DNA of 64,000 nt from Eledone cirrhosa (Eukaryota). Where the stretch lies: the NCBI GenBank assembly GCA_964016885.1, contig OZ024742.1, positions 186,620,001 through 186,684,000 of the forward strand, in the 5' to 3' direction. Both the position numbers and the translations under genes were made by a program. Every line of letters begins with the position of its first letter. Positions within the stretch are counted from its first letter, which is position 1. A model generated the notes under the pieces. That model saw nothing but the letters and a program-made list of their open reading frames with translations. It was not told where the DNA came from and did no database searches. Shown here in pieces: positions 23,228-35,630 of this stretch.

Positions 23228-26200
23228 CCTTGAATCTCAGTCATTGATGTTGGTTAACTGGAAAGTCCGTTGGATTGAATATCAAGCCACTACCTGCAGC
23301 CTCAGATATTCAGGACGTATCGGAGGGTTCTTGCTGTTCCAAGCAAGCATGCCTTTTGAAGCGTTCCAAAAAGCGTGAAGGGGCCGATTTTCTTTTAACC
23401 ATCCCTGGAAACCTTTGGAGATAGTCCCCAGTGCGCCTATGACAATCGGGATCACTTTGACTTCATGGCAGTTCCAAATCCTTTTCACCTCCCACTTTAG
23501 GTCCTGGTATCGGTTAATTTTCTCCCTCTCCTTCTCTTGCACTCTCGTGTCGAACGGGCAGGCCACATTCACAATCAGGCACGATCTTTTTTCTTTGTCC
23601 ACAACCACCAGGTCAGGTCTATTGTGTTCCAGTTTTTTGTCCGTCTGTATCCTAAAATCCCACAGCACCTTCACCTGACTGTTCTCCATCACCGCCTCTG
23701 GCCTATGCTCATACCATTTCTCAGAATGTGGTAGATTGTTTACTTTGCACAGGTGCCAGTGGATCACCCTGCCCATCACATCGTGTCTCCAGCCCTTATA
23801 GTGGGTCTGGGCTAGGTGTTTACACTCGGACACAATGTGAGCCACAGTCTCCTCTCTCTCTCCACAGATCCTGCACAGTGGGCTAGCCTCCTCCTTGTAT
23901 ATATGGTGCTTCAACCACTTCGTTTTGAGGGCCTGCTCCTGCGCAGCCATTAGCATTCCTTCTGTAGCCTTTTTGAGGTCTCCTCTTCTCAACCAGTTCC
24001 ATGTCTGTGGATCTCTAAATTCAGTTTTCTCAAGGAAGGTACTATGAAGGGATTTTCCCTTAAGGCTGCTCTTTCTCCTTGATGTTATTTCCTCCTTGGA
24101 TATCCCCTGGCCTACTGTCCCCTCCTTCAGTACAGCTCTGAGCATTGGCTCCTTACTATAGGTCACGTATTTGTATAGGTTGTTTTTCTCCATCTGAACA
24201 CAGTCCTCTATGCTGATAAGACCTCTTCCACCCTCAGATCTCCTTAGGTAGAGTCTATCGACATCACTCCTCTTGTGGAACATGTTGTAGATAGTCAATA
24301 TCTTCCTAGTCTTCCTATCCATTTCTTTTTGTTCAGCAACATTCCATCTCAGAATTCCCGCACTGTACCTAATAATAGACACAGCTCGGGAATTTACTGC
24401 GCTTATGGCATTTCTGCTGTTCAGATGTGACTTCAATACGCTCCTTACTCTCCGAATGTATTCAGTTCTTAACAATTCCTTCATTTTTTTGTTCTTTATG
24501 CCATCAGCCTCCAGAACGCCCAAATACTTGTATCCTTCCTCAGAGTCAATTTCCTTTATCATCTCACCTGTTGGTATCTGGATCCCGTTACTTCTGCTCA
24601 ACCTACCCCTCTTCATCACAATGACTCCACATTTACCAATACCAAACTGCATACATATATCACTGCTGAAAATACGGAGAGTGTCAACAAGCACATGCAA
24701 CTCCTTCTCACTTTTCCCGAAGAGCTTAAGATCGTCCATGAAGAGGAGGTGATTGATGGTAAGCTCTCCCCTTCCCAACTTGTATCCTGCTCTCACTTTT
24801 CGCAGCATAATGGTCAAGGGCATCAGGGCAAGGACAAACAACAGAGGGGACAGGCTATCTCCCTGGAAGATACCTCTCTTGATCTTCACGCTTCCCAAGG
24901 ATACTCCAGTTGATGTCAACTCTGTCTCCCAGGACCCCATACTCCTGTCCAGCAACTGTCTGATGTTATCTGCCACCCTGAAGATCTCCAGGCTTTTGGT
25001 GATCCAGGAATGAGGCACCATGTCAAATGCCTTTCTGTAGTCTATCCATCCCATGGCAAGATCAGTGTGTCTCCTCCTGCAATTCCCCATTACCATCTTA
25101 TCAATAAGCAACTGGTCTTTTGTACCACGTGACTTCTTTCGGCATCCTTTCTGTTCGTCCGGTAACAAGTTGTTTGTGTGGAGGTGATGGTAGATTTCCT
25201 CAGACACAATGCTCGTCAACAGTTTCCACATTACGGGCAGACATGTGATAGGTCTATAGTTGGTAACATCATTACCCTTGATTCGGTCTTTCATTATCAG
25301 AACTGTGGTACCTTTTGTCAACCACTCTGGCACCTCACCCGACACCAAGCAGTCATTGAACATGGCCGTCAGCTTCGGGTGGAGGGATGTTAAATGTTTA
25401 ATCCAATACCCCTGCACACCATCTGGGCCTGGTGATTTCCAGTTGGTTAGTTTTTTGGCTTGCCCCTTAAGAGTTTCAACTGTGATACTCAAATCAGTCT
25501 GTTGTTGTGCCTGCTCACCGATCTCCCTCTGTACTGTCTCAATCCACCCTGCCTGGGCATTGTGTCTAACATCCTGCTCCCATATTCCTCTCCAGAATGT
25601 TTTAGCTTGTTCCGCCCCAGGGATCAAGTCGTTGCCTCTTTCTTTCCCCTCAAGCTGTCCAAACAGCATCTTCTGGTTGTTGTCGAACATGCGGTTCTGT
25701 TTATACTGACTGACTCTGTTCTCGTATCGCCTGATTTTGGCACTCTTTGCTACAATGCGTTGCTTCAATTCCTCTATGATAATATTTAGCTTTTTACTCC
25801 TAGTTTTGTATTTTATTTCCAGTCTATTTTTAGTGCCTATGTTTTTTAGTGTCCCATTCAGTAGTGACTCAAGCTTTCCTATGTCATTTCTCATTTCCCC
25901 GATTTGCCCACTCAGTCGCTTCTTCCACCACGGCTCTGCTCTTTCTTGTCTGTTGTTTCCTCTCGCTTTTATACCAAGTAGTTTCCTCACCGTATTTGCT
26001 GTTGCTTTGAGGATATTGTTGCACTGGTGAAGACTCCTCGCCTCAAGGTATGGGATGACTTTGTTTACCTTAGCTGTTGTTTCTTTTAACTTTTTCCTGT
26101 CTACAAATCTTAGGTTCATAGGTCTCCCACTATCATTGTTCAACTCATCTACCACTATATTTAGGATGTCAACCGAATCTTGTCCTAGCCCGTCAGCATT

Positions 26201-27750
26201 CATCTCCTCAGTGGCCGTATCTCTGTTCCAGGTATTATTTATCTCAGTATTCAGATCATTGTCTGCTTCGGGTGGTTCCTCCGTTCTCAGGACCTCCTCA
26301 CCTTCATTTCCCGCCGGCTCGCTTGTCTGGCATACTACACCCGCCATCTCCAAGCCATTCTCTCTGCTCAGTTCCTCCAGTTCCAGCTCGCTTATCCACC
26401 CATTAGTTCTTATTACCCGAGCCTGCCCGGCCAATTTTTGTTCATCTAATTTAAATAAACCAATCTCGTTCCAGATGTTATGCATCCGTCTCCTGTAGCC
26501 CCTCTCCTTGGGGTTACTTTTCAGGTAGCATTGCATAACAGTTCTATTCAATTCTTTCGTCCAGTTGGTTCTGGCCCCTTTCCTTCTTCTTCTTCCTCCA
26601 ACATCAGCAGTATTTGGTTGACAGTCAGGTTCCTGCTGCTGAGCCAGGGGGCACCTGTTGGGTGAGAGTCTGTCACATGACGTTCTAGTCTCCATTTCAC
26701 CGTTATTCGAACTGTTTATGTTCGATATTTAAACACTCTTATCGAGGATTGGCGAATGTATGTTTACATAGCCATCTGTGGATCCGCCATCCCACTTGGC
26801 CCTTGTGTGGCATTATCACCACGCTGTATACGAACACACATAAACAAACAAACACACGGGCAGAAAGGGCCCCAAAAATGAATAAGCATAAGTTTCATTG
26901 TAATGTAGTATTCGAATGTCTGACTTAGTTTTTGTTTTTTAAGTTTTACTTTTTCCCCCCTCTTCTCTGTCCGTCCGCTTGCTTCTCTCTTCATTCTTAT
27001 TTTCTTTACGTTTTTGGGGTTTCTTTTTTTGTTTTTGTTTTTCTCTGTTTGTTTTTCTCGTTTTTTGCTGTTGTTGCTGTGCTGTTTGGTTTTGTTGTTT
27101 GTTTTTTATTTTTTCTTTTGAGTCTATCTATATATTTTGATGCCTTCCTCTTTGTTAGTAGTAGGAATTCTATAATGTGGAAGTGGCAGCCAGCAGAGAC
27201 TGGCGGCGTTGGCGATACTGAGACAGTGGTGGTGGTGATGTCGATACCGAGGCAGTGGTGGCGGTGATGCGACCGTATTACTGTAGTGATGGTGCTGTAG
27301 CGGTGGCAGCAGCAGTGAAGGAGTCAAGGGGTGGTGGCGGCGGTGATGGGATAGTGGTGGTAATGATGGCCGTAGTGAGCGGTGGCGGTGAAGGTGAAAA
27401 TGCTGTTGTGTTTAGTGTACACAGATGATGGGGTGGGTGGTGTATCTAGTTTCTGGTGTTGGTGAGTTTAGCTGTCCTATATAGTGTAGCCAGAGGAGAG
27501 GAGGGGGGGGGGGTTCTTCTTCTTCCATTTATAGCCATTTTTTTTTTGGGATATACAGTGTACAATACAAAGTTGAATATTTGAATATTTGAGCCTTATA
27601 ACAATATATTTTGGGTCCGAATTTTTTGGGGCTCAAGCCGGGTGCTTTACGTAGCATTTGTACTAAGAGTTGTTATTTCACAAATGATTTAAATATGTTA
27701 AAAATTCAAAACTTACGGGAGCGATTTCATGACCTCCGTCACCTCGTGCG
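23228..27750 (-). mobile_element. R4/Dong-type non-LTR retrotransposon (RT + restriction-like endonuclease) with about 1 kb of upstream leader
   Basis: Single long ORF; 3' end abuts the copy-4 (ATT)n tail; (CTT)25(ATT)9 on the other side. The true 5' boundary is uncertain (26.9-27.75 kb). Confidence 0.85.
23282..26695 (-). CDS. RT-RLE polyprotein (R4/Dong clade), probably defective at the C-terminus
   Basis: NYRPITCLP, EQKGCR, IDYRKAFDMVPH, GIFQGDSLSP, LFMDDLK; CRIC..ETVAHIVSEC, RHD, RPDLVV..NVACPFD..K. The typical LQKACLLGTA C-terminus lies in another frame (shift near 23390). Confidence 0.9.
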   Translation of the reverse strand: METRTSCDRLSPNRCPLAQQQEPDCQPNTADVGGRRRRKGARTNWTKELNRTVMQCYLKSNPKERGYRRRMHNIWNEIGLFKLDEQKLAGQARVIRTNGWISELELEELSRENGLEMAGVVCQTSEPAGNEGEEVLRTEEPPEADNDLNTEINNTWNRDTATEEMNADGLGQDSVDILNIVVDELNNDSGRPMNLRFVDRKKLKETTAKVNKVIPYLEARSLHQCNNILKATANTVRKLLGIKARGNNRQERAEPWWKKRLSGQIGEMRNDIGKLESLLNGTLKNIGTKNRLEIKYKTRSKKLNIIIEELKQRIVAKSAKIRRYENRVSQYKQNRMFDNNQKMLFGQLEGKERGNDLIPGAEQAKTFWRGIWEQDVRHNAQAGWIETVQREIGEQAQQQTDLSITVETLKGQAKKLTNWKSPGPDGVQGYWIKHLTSLHPKLTAMFNDCLVSGEVPEWLTKGTTVLIMKDRIKGNDVTNYRPITCLPVMWKLLTSIVSEEIYHHLHTNNLLPDEQKGCRKKSRGTKDQLLIDKMVMGNCRRRHTDLAMGWIDYRKAFDMVPHSWITKSLEIFRVADNIRQLLDRSMGSWETELTSTGVSLGSVKIKRGIFQGDSLSPLLFVLALMPLTIMLRKVRAGYKLGRGELTINHLLFMDDLKLFGKSEKELHVLVDTLRIFSSDICMQFGIGKCGVIVMKRGRLSRSNGIQIPTGEMIKEIDSEEGYKYLGVLEADGIKNKKMKELLRTEYIRRVRSVLKSHLNSRNAISAVNSRAVSIIRYSAGILRWNVAEQKEMDRKTRKILTIYNMFHKRSDVDRLYLRRSEGGRGLISIEDCVQMEKNNLYKYVTYSKEPMLRAVLKEGTVGQGISKEEITSRRKSSLKGKSLHSTFLEKTEFRDPQTWNWLRRGDLKKATEGMLMAAQEQALKTKWLKHHIYKEEASPLCRICGEREETVAHIVSECKHLAQTHYKGWRHDVMGRVIHWHLCKVNNLPHSEKWYEHRPEAVMENSQVKVLWDFRIQTDKKLEHNRPDLVVVDKEKRSCLIVNVACPFDTRVQEKEREKINRYQDLKWEVKRIWNCHEVKVIPIVIGALGTISKGFQGWLKENRPLHAFWNASKGMLAWNSKNPPIRPEYLRLQVVA

Positions 27751-27751
27751 T

Positions 27752-27796
27752 CTTCTTCTTCTTCTTCTTCTTCTTCTTCTTCTTCTTCTTCTTCTT

Positions 27797-27855
<59 letters not shown>

Positions 27856-27865
27856 TACTACTACT
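27752..27865. repeat. Compound microsatellite (CTT)25(ATT)9(ACT)4
   Basis: Read directly. Confidence 0.95.
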
Positions 27866-28065
27866 ATTGTGGCACTGTTACGAAGCAATTAATGTCACTT
27901 TTGATTGAGCACCGTTTCTATTTCCAAGTTTCTATGACAGATGATTGATATATTTAGATCAATTCAAAGTCTCATCAATAATTTTAAAAATAATAAATCT
28001 ATTATTGAATACCAGAGTATCCAGCAGGTTGTATAGGACTGGCTTCAATATGTATTGAAATATAA

Positions 28066-28260
28066 GGGTGGTTGATTAGCAGAATTGGTAGAGCGTCGGA
28101 TACATGTCATTGCAGTATTTGTTCTGGGTCATTACAATCTGAGTTCAAATCATGTCAAGTTCATCTTTATCTTTCATCCAGTCAAGTAGTGAGGTTGATT
28201 TAATTAACCAGTCCCTTCCCTCAAATTTGCTGGTTTTGTGTCTAAATTAGAAATCAGTAT
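28066..28260 (+). mobile_element. tRNA-derived SINE type 1, diverged copy
   Basis: A-box-like TAGCAGAATTGG, B-box GAGTTCAAATC, tail TTTGTGTCTAAATTAGAAATC. Confidence 0.7.
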
Positions 28261-28384
28261 GTATTGGAATATAATATATTCTTCAATTAGCGATAGCACT
28301 AACACAGCGTGATTCGGAATAAAGGACTATACAGCGCTCTTACACCAAAAGCGAGTTAGATGGGATTTGATGAAGGCTTAAATA

Positions 28385-29342
28385 TCTACAAGGAGACTAA
28401 ACGTATAATTATCCTGATAGCAAAATAACTTAAATTACTTTGAATAAATAATTGTTTCTACTTTTGGCACAAGGCCAGCAATTACCCAGTACATTACTGT
28501 TACTTTATTTTATCGACCCTGTAAGGCTGAAAAGCAAAGTTAACCTCGGCGCGATTTGAACTCAGAATGGCAAGGGGCGTAACTCTATGTGTCAAAGCAT
28601 AGTGTCCGACCCTCTACCGATACTGCCAATCCACTTTGAATAAATAATTGTTTCTACTTTTGGCACCAAGCCAGCAATTATCTCAGTGCATTACTGGTAC
28701 TTTATTTTATCGACTCCGTAAGGATGAAAGGCAAAGTTAACCTCGGCGGGATTTGAACTCAGATCATAAAGGGAGGTAACTCTATGCTTCAAAGCATGGC
28801 GCCCGATCCTCTACCGATACTGCCAATCCACCGTAATGAATGAATATTACATCATTTTTTGTACTAAATTTCGTAGCTGCTGATTAAACATAAATATTCT
28901 TATATATAATGATTGCTTATTTTAAGATTCACTTTTAAAAAAAAATTCAAATGTCTACACTTCAGGTTAGCGTCCATTATATCTTGTGCCAATAGTAGAA
29001 ACAATTATATCATAACACTTATTACATCGCTTATGTAAACGTACATATATTTGCATCGTTATATAAGGTTTATATTTCTGTCATTAATTTTCTCCTTTTT
29101 CGTTTTCATTACATTTCACCATAATGCAGTTTATATATAATATCGCCTTTTTTCAATGTATCATGGATTACTTTACTGATTACGGAAGAGAGTGTAACAC
29201 AGTCTCTCTTCAATTTCTGTGCATATTGTCAATTAGGATTTTATTTCACATATATCTACATGCATATATATTTGCGTATAATATCAATATACACACTACA
29301 CATGCTAGCAGAAAACCACCCGATGGATCGTTTTCCTGCTAG
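28385..29342 (+). mobile_element. Non-autonomous Helitron-like element, interrupted by two SINEs
   Basis: A|TC 5' end, subterminal hairpin then CTAG|T 3' end; homologous to the inverted copy at 35631-36111. Confidence 0.65.
28451..28833 (-). mobile_element. Two head-to-tail SINE type 1 copies
   Basis: Each has TGGCAGTATCGG (A box), GAGTTCAAATC (B box), a core like GCCTTTCATCCTTACGGAGTCGATAAAATAAAGTAC and a GGCCTTGTGCCAAAAGTAGAAAC-type tail; duplication ACTTTGAATAAATA at 28437-28450 and 28633-28646. Confidence 0.9.
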
Positions 29343-30099
29343 TTATACATAAAACATAAAATTTATTGTATATAGGTGTATATACACTTTTATAATGTAT
29401 AACGTTTTGGGCCGTTTTGAAAATCCTTTGTAACTAAACAGGTATTTATATATATTTTAGCCTTTTAGTAATTCCAAGTAAAACTTTTGGCAAACCCAAT
29501 TTGTACCGAATGGTATAGTTATATAGTATAGAGAGCTCTAGATAGTGTTGTTAGCTTTGATTACTTTCATTCTGCTTTCGAAGTGATAGGGTGAACAGGC
29601 ATCATTGTTTTTCATCGATCTTCTAAATCTCTCACGTGTTGTTTTAAGCTCCATACTCTGGTAAACTTCTTTAACTGTCGAGAAAAGCAATGTGATGGCG
29701 TTAATGTTAACACCATACCGCTTAGTGAAGGAGTTCCATGACAAAGTCACCGACCAGGATGGCAAAAGTAAGTTCACCTATAAACTATTACAGCCTTGTG
29801 TTCTTAAGTCAGGCGAACAAATTTGGAAGAAATTTGTTCTGATTAGACTCAGAGAGGGATAGATTTCGTCAGGTTTAAAGGGCCAAGACGTAATGAACAA
29901 ACTGAGAATCAACTCTAAATCGAACTTGGAGCAGCTCAGTTTAAGAGTGAATGCGCCACCCGACATCTACCAGGCCAGATACGACAAATTTGCTACAGGT
30001 GACTCAAGAGTAAAGATTCGTGTGGCAGAGAGAGCATCATTGGGAAACTAAAATGACTCGCATATGAGATGGACAAATACAACTATTCATTGTTATAAT

Positions 30100-30235
30100 T
30101 TTTTACCGGTTTCAGCCATTAGACTGCGACCATGCTGGGGCATCACCTTAAATGGATTAAGTTTATTATATCGAGTACAGTACTTGTTTTTTTAAGGCTA
30201 GTACTTATTTTATTGAACCGTTAAGTTACGTGACA
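30100..30235 (-). mobile_element. 3' part of a SINE with a CR1-like tail
   Basis: Minus strand ends GGTGATGCCCCAGCATGGTCGCAGTCTAATGGCTGAAAC, similar to the LINE 3' end near 49015-49050. Confidence 0.6.
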
Positions 30236-30249
30236 GAAACTTAAAAACA

Positions 30250-30434
30250 TGGATTGGCAGTGCCGGTAGAAGGTCGGACGCCATGCTTTGACGCATCGAG
30301 TTACGACCCTTGCCATTCTGTGTTCAAATCCCGCCGAGGTTAACTTTGCCTTTCATCCGTACGGGGTCGATAAAATAAAGTACCAGTAATGCACTGGGTA
30401 ATTGCTAGCCTTGTGCCAAAAGTAGAAACAATTA
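30250..30434 (+). mobile_element. SINE type 1
   Basis: Same A/B boxes, core and tail as 28451-28833. Confidence 0.9.
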
Positions 30435-30439
30435 TATAT

Positions 30440-31022
30440 ATATACTCCGGTTTTCCTAATGTTTGATGAGTGAGATGGAAATTGGTCAGAGTATCGCTAT
30501 TAGCTTTCTCCGTTTATGTAATTATGTAATATACTCTTGGATCACCAGACTGAGTATGTATTATTTTTCACGGTAGCCCCCCCCCCCCCCCCATTTTGGG
30601 GACAGTGTGAGATTTTCTTTCGAACTGCTGGACTTACAACCTAACAGTTCCTGCTAGCACTGATGGTGATTATCGCTAAATATTGATGTTGATTTAGTTA
30701 TTAATATTAATATTATTGGGCACCCACTAAAGATTTGCAAGAGCCCACTTGCATAAGAATCCATTGATCTTACACAGGTTTCTGCATAACTTGGTATACT
30801 TTCACACACCATGTAGAAATCTTACAATGAAGCGATTCGTTTGGGAAATGAGATCTTTAATATATCTCATATAAAGTAATACAGCCAATTATCCACACAA
30901 TACAATATAGTTAGCACTCCAAACGTTTAATTGGGAATATACTCCAGTATTTCCTAATCTTTATTTAGTGAGTTGGAAATTGGTCGGAGTATCGCTATTA
31001 GCTTTCTCCGTTTATGTAATTA
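30440..31022 (+). repeat. About 85-bp imperfect direct repeats (30440-30523 and 30938-31022)
   Basis: Shared GGAAATTGGTCRGAGTATCGCTATTAGCTTTCTCCGTTTATGTAATTAT. Confidence 0.8.
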
Positions 31023-31275
31023 TATATATATATATATATAATGTTTGTGTTTTTAAGTATCCGTCACGTAACTTAACGGTTTCCTTCTAATTTTATTTTT
31101 AAAAATCTTTATATATAATGTCCGATGCGTTGATTATGCAACTCACTCTCTTTCTTTGAAGCGTGATTCTAATACGAATTTATGTTAATGCAACCTCTTG
31201 TTTGTTCTTTTTTTGCTTGCTTGGTATATATATATATATATATATATACATATACACATATATGTATATATACTT

Positions 31276-31326
<51 letters not shown>

Positions 31327-31361
31327 AAAGAATAGAGGTGTAACACACAAGTTATTATATA

Positions 31362-31854
<493 letters not shown>

Positions 31855-32005
31855 CAAGGAGGGTGAGGTAAGATACCAGGTGGACCATAACGCACTAGAG
31901 TACTCGATACTTGGGGTAGTAGAGTGTGTGATAGGAAAAGAGTCAGGATCCTCTCGGATGTAGCTGTCGAAACGGCCGGAGCTCAGCCGTCAGGGACCTG
32001 ACTCT

Positions 32006-32072
<67 letters not shown>

Positions 32073-32122
32073 ATTAAATATGTTATGATGCAACACTGAA
32101 TCCTTGTTCCTTTATTCTTATA

Positions 32123-32181
<59 letters not shown>

Positions 32182-32231
32182 ATTAAATATGTTATGATGC
32201 AACACTGAATCCTTGTTCCTTTATTCTTATA

Positions 32232-32274
<43 letters not shown>

Positions 32275-32607
32275 ATCTTTTGAAACGTTTCGTGTACATT
32301 CACTGGACGATTCATAGTCACATGATCTCTGTTATTTCCTGTCAGAAGGTCTGCAGTAATAAAACACACATGCACACTTCCTCTTCGTTTCTATATAAAG
32401 TCTCTATAAAGTCTGTAGTTAACGGACGTTTGACAGGCAATGCTGTTGCTATGGCAATAAATATGCTAAACCTGTTATGTAACGTATGTTTTCATACATA
32501 GAATTAATTAATAAGTAATTATTTTCACATGGCAGATTAATTTATTGACGCATAGGCACGCGTATATATACAGTTACGTATGGAAATATGGAAATATGTG
32601 TAGATGC

Positions 32608-32709
<102 letters not shown>

Positions 32710-32849
32710 TTGTATAAGTAGATCGAACAGCAGTTGCACACCTAACTAGCACCCGCACATATTAATACGTATGTGCATGCGCACGCGTGTGTTTGTACAC
32801 ACATATATATATGTATGTATATATATATATATATATATATGCATATATA

Positions 32850-32925
32850 CCGAGTGTCCCAAAAATGTATATATACCTCAACAGCATTCTAATAAATATG
32901 TGTATAGATTTTTTGGGACACCCTG
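32850..32925. mobile_element. Tiny Tc1/mariner-type MITE
   Basis: TA-CCGAGTGTCCCAAAAA ... TTTTTGGGACACCCTG-TA imperfect TIRs with TA flanks. Confidence 0.7.
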
Positions 32926-32941
32926 TATACACACTCGCACA

Positions 32942-33037
<96 letters not shown>

Positions 33038-33242
33038 TATATACTATGGAGACATGTATTTCCACTTTCTGCCTCCAGGCTAGATAAAGAAGCAGTATTG
33101 TATATCCAGACTACAGACCCTACAAATGATCTTCAAACGAATCAATACGTTCATTTGTTCAGCATAAATCATGTAACTATTTCAACTTCACTTCTAAATA
33201 ATATTCATTATACTCACACACACACGCGCGCACGCGCGCGCA

Positions 33243-33308
<66 letters not shown>

Positions 33309-33359
33309 GATACACAAACGCATATACTCAGACACGAATGCACACACTCACACAAGCAC

Positions 33360-33392
<33 letters not shown>

Positions 33393-33475
33393 CATGTACA
33401 CTATCGAGATATGTAGGTATATATATATATATAAATATATATAAAATAAATATAGTTTCCATTTATTAATATCAT

Positions 33476-33573
<98 letters not shown>

Positions 33574-33605
33574 TTATATATATATATATATATATACATG
33601 TATTT

Positions 33606-33637
<32 letters not shown>

Positions 33638-34327
33638 GTATATATATGTATATGTATATATGTGTGTATATATGTATATATATGTATATATATATGTATA
33701 TACATGTATATATGTGTATATATATGCATATATGTGTGTATATATATGTGTATATATGTATATATATACATATATATATATTTATATATTTATACATGCA
33801 TACATACACATATACAGTCATACACACATATACACGCACGCACACACACACACACACACATATATATATGAGTGTGTGTTTTTTTGTCTGCTGTGTATAT
33901 GTGGGGAACCGAGGGTTGTCTAACATAAGCCAATGACTATGCTATCACTAAGGTAGCTGAACATTATATCAAGACAGTTATATATCAGAACTGAACTTTC
34001 TGTGACATTGTCTGAAGAAACAATGGTATTAAATACAATAAGAAACCAGCGAACGATCTCCGATCTTTCTAGCAGCGTTTTCTCAAAGAATTCGATTGAG
34101 AGACTATAAACGAATATAGATACCGAGAAAGATATATGTATATGCTTCTCCTCTCTCTCACATTCTCTTTTTATATCTATATTTACATACACTCATGTGC
34201 ATATATATATGACTATATATGTATATGTATATATGTATGTGCGCGCGCGTGTGTGTGTATGTGTGTGTGTATGTATATATTAATGTATGTATGTATATAT
34301 ACACCTGCATATATATGACTATGTACG

Positions 34328-34404
<77 letters not shown>

Positions 34405-34435
34405 ATACATATGCATATATATATATATACATATA

Positions 34436-35275
34436 CGAGGTGTGTCAGAAAAGTTCCAGAACTGATGTCACAAAAGATTTATTTCAAAGCCAAACTTCAC
34501 ACTAAGAGTTTTCTCCTTCAAAGTAATCCCCCTGGAGTCTAATGCATTTTTCCATCCTTTTCTGCTATGCTTGAATGCACTCCGCAGTTCCGTCGACACG
34601 GCCTTTTTGATGTCGTCCACGTCTTTAAAACGGGTACCCTCCGGGTCGTACTCGAAGATCCATGACTCATCACCGGTGATGACTGTCCCTAGCAAGTCTG
34701 GTTCGGTTTCAAGGCGCTCTAAGATGTCCTGGCACACTTGCATGCGTCAACCCTTCTGGTCATCGTTCAACAGTTTTGGCACCATCTTCGAGCAGACTTT
34801 CCGCATGTCCAAATATTCAGTGAGAATCTTCCAGACGCTGTCCTGATTCATGCCCAGCTCATTTGCCATCAGTCGAACAGTCAGCCGACGATCGCTACGC
34901 ACCATCTGCATGACGCACTCTACGTTGACCCCAGTCCTGATTGTTGAGGAACTTCCGCTCCTGGGGTCATCCTGCACTACTCAAAAACACGTGAGCGTGA
35001 CATCGTCTCATCTCCATACACTTGCTGCAGCAATCCCAGTGCTTCTGATGGAGTTTTCCCCAACCGTACCAGAAACTTCAAGTTTGTTCGTTGCTCTGTG
35101 CTCATGCTTGACGACCTGAAACAAAGGACATGTATATAAAATTATGATCGCTGCAGAGAGCTAAGATTACATACTCCAGGGGGATTACTTTGAAGGAGAA
35201 AACTCTTAGTGTGAAGTTTGGGTTTGAAATAAATCTTTTGTGACATCAGTCCTGGAACTTTTCTGACACACCTCG
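34436..35275 (-). mobile_element. Internally deleted mariner-like element with about 102-bp TIRs
   Basis: TIRs 34436-34537 and 35173-35275; transposase remnants (MSTEQRTNLKF.., DDPRSG, KMVPKLL, ITGDESWIFEYDPE joined to GTRFKDVDDIK). Confidence 0.9.
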
Positions 35276-35531
35276 TGTATATATATATAAGCAAAGTGAT
35301 ATTTAATTTGTTGGTAATTCAAAAAATATATACATTTATAACTGATTCGAAGCACTCGACAGTTTTCTGGAGTATAATATCAATGATATTAATAAATGGA
35401 AACTATATTTTAAAACCATATTTATTCTATTATATATATTTCAAGGGTACAATTCAAGTTTTACCTGGTAAAACTCGAACCGTTAAGATCTCGTTCCTGG
35501 ATATGTCAATATTTATAAAACAAACTTTGTT

Positions 35532-35588
35532 TTTTATCTGATGAGTGCGTACCAAAATTTTGGTACCCTTGAAATATATATAATAGAA
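35532..35588 (+). ncRNA. Minimal type I hammerhead ribozyme motif (Penelope pLTR-like) within inverted repeat 35384-35630
   Basis: TTTTAT-CTGATGA-[GTACCAAA/TTTGGTAC stem]-GAAA-TATATA-TA-ATAGAA; base of stem II is mutated. Confidence 0.65.
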
Positions 35589-35630
35589 TAAATATGGTTT
35601 TATAAACATAGTTTCCATTTATTAATATCA

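Noticed and set aside
26700-26860. HDV-like ribozyme upstream of the Dong-like ORF
   Set aside because: TCCTCG and GGCGAATG motifs lie on opposite strands; no consistent nested double pseudoknot found by eye.
29510-30060. Moderately GC-rich stretch with short ORFs as a host exon
   Set aside because: No recognisable domain or convincing splice context; possibly an old TE fragment.
31934-32009. Hairpin with GAAAC and CTGACGG as a hammerhead (similar case at 38920-38970)
   Set aside because: The two core halves are on opposite strands; only a plain stem-loop is supported.
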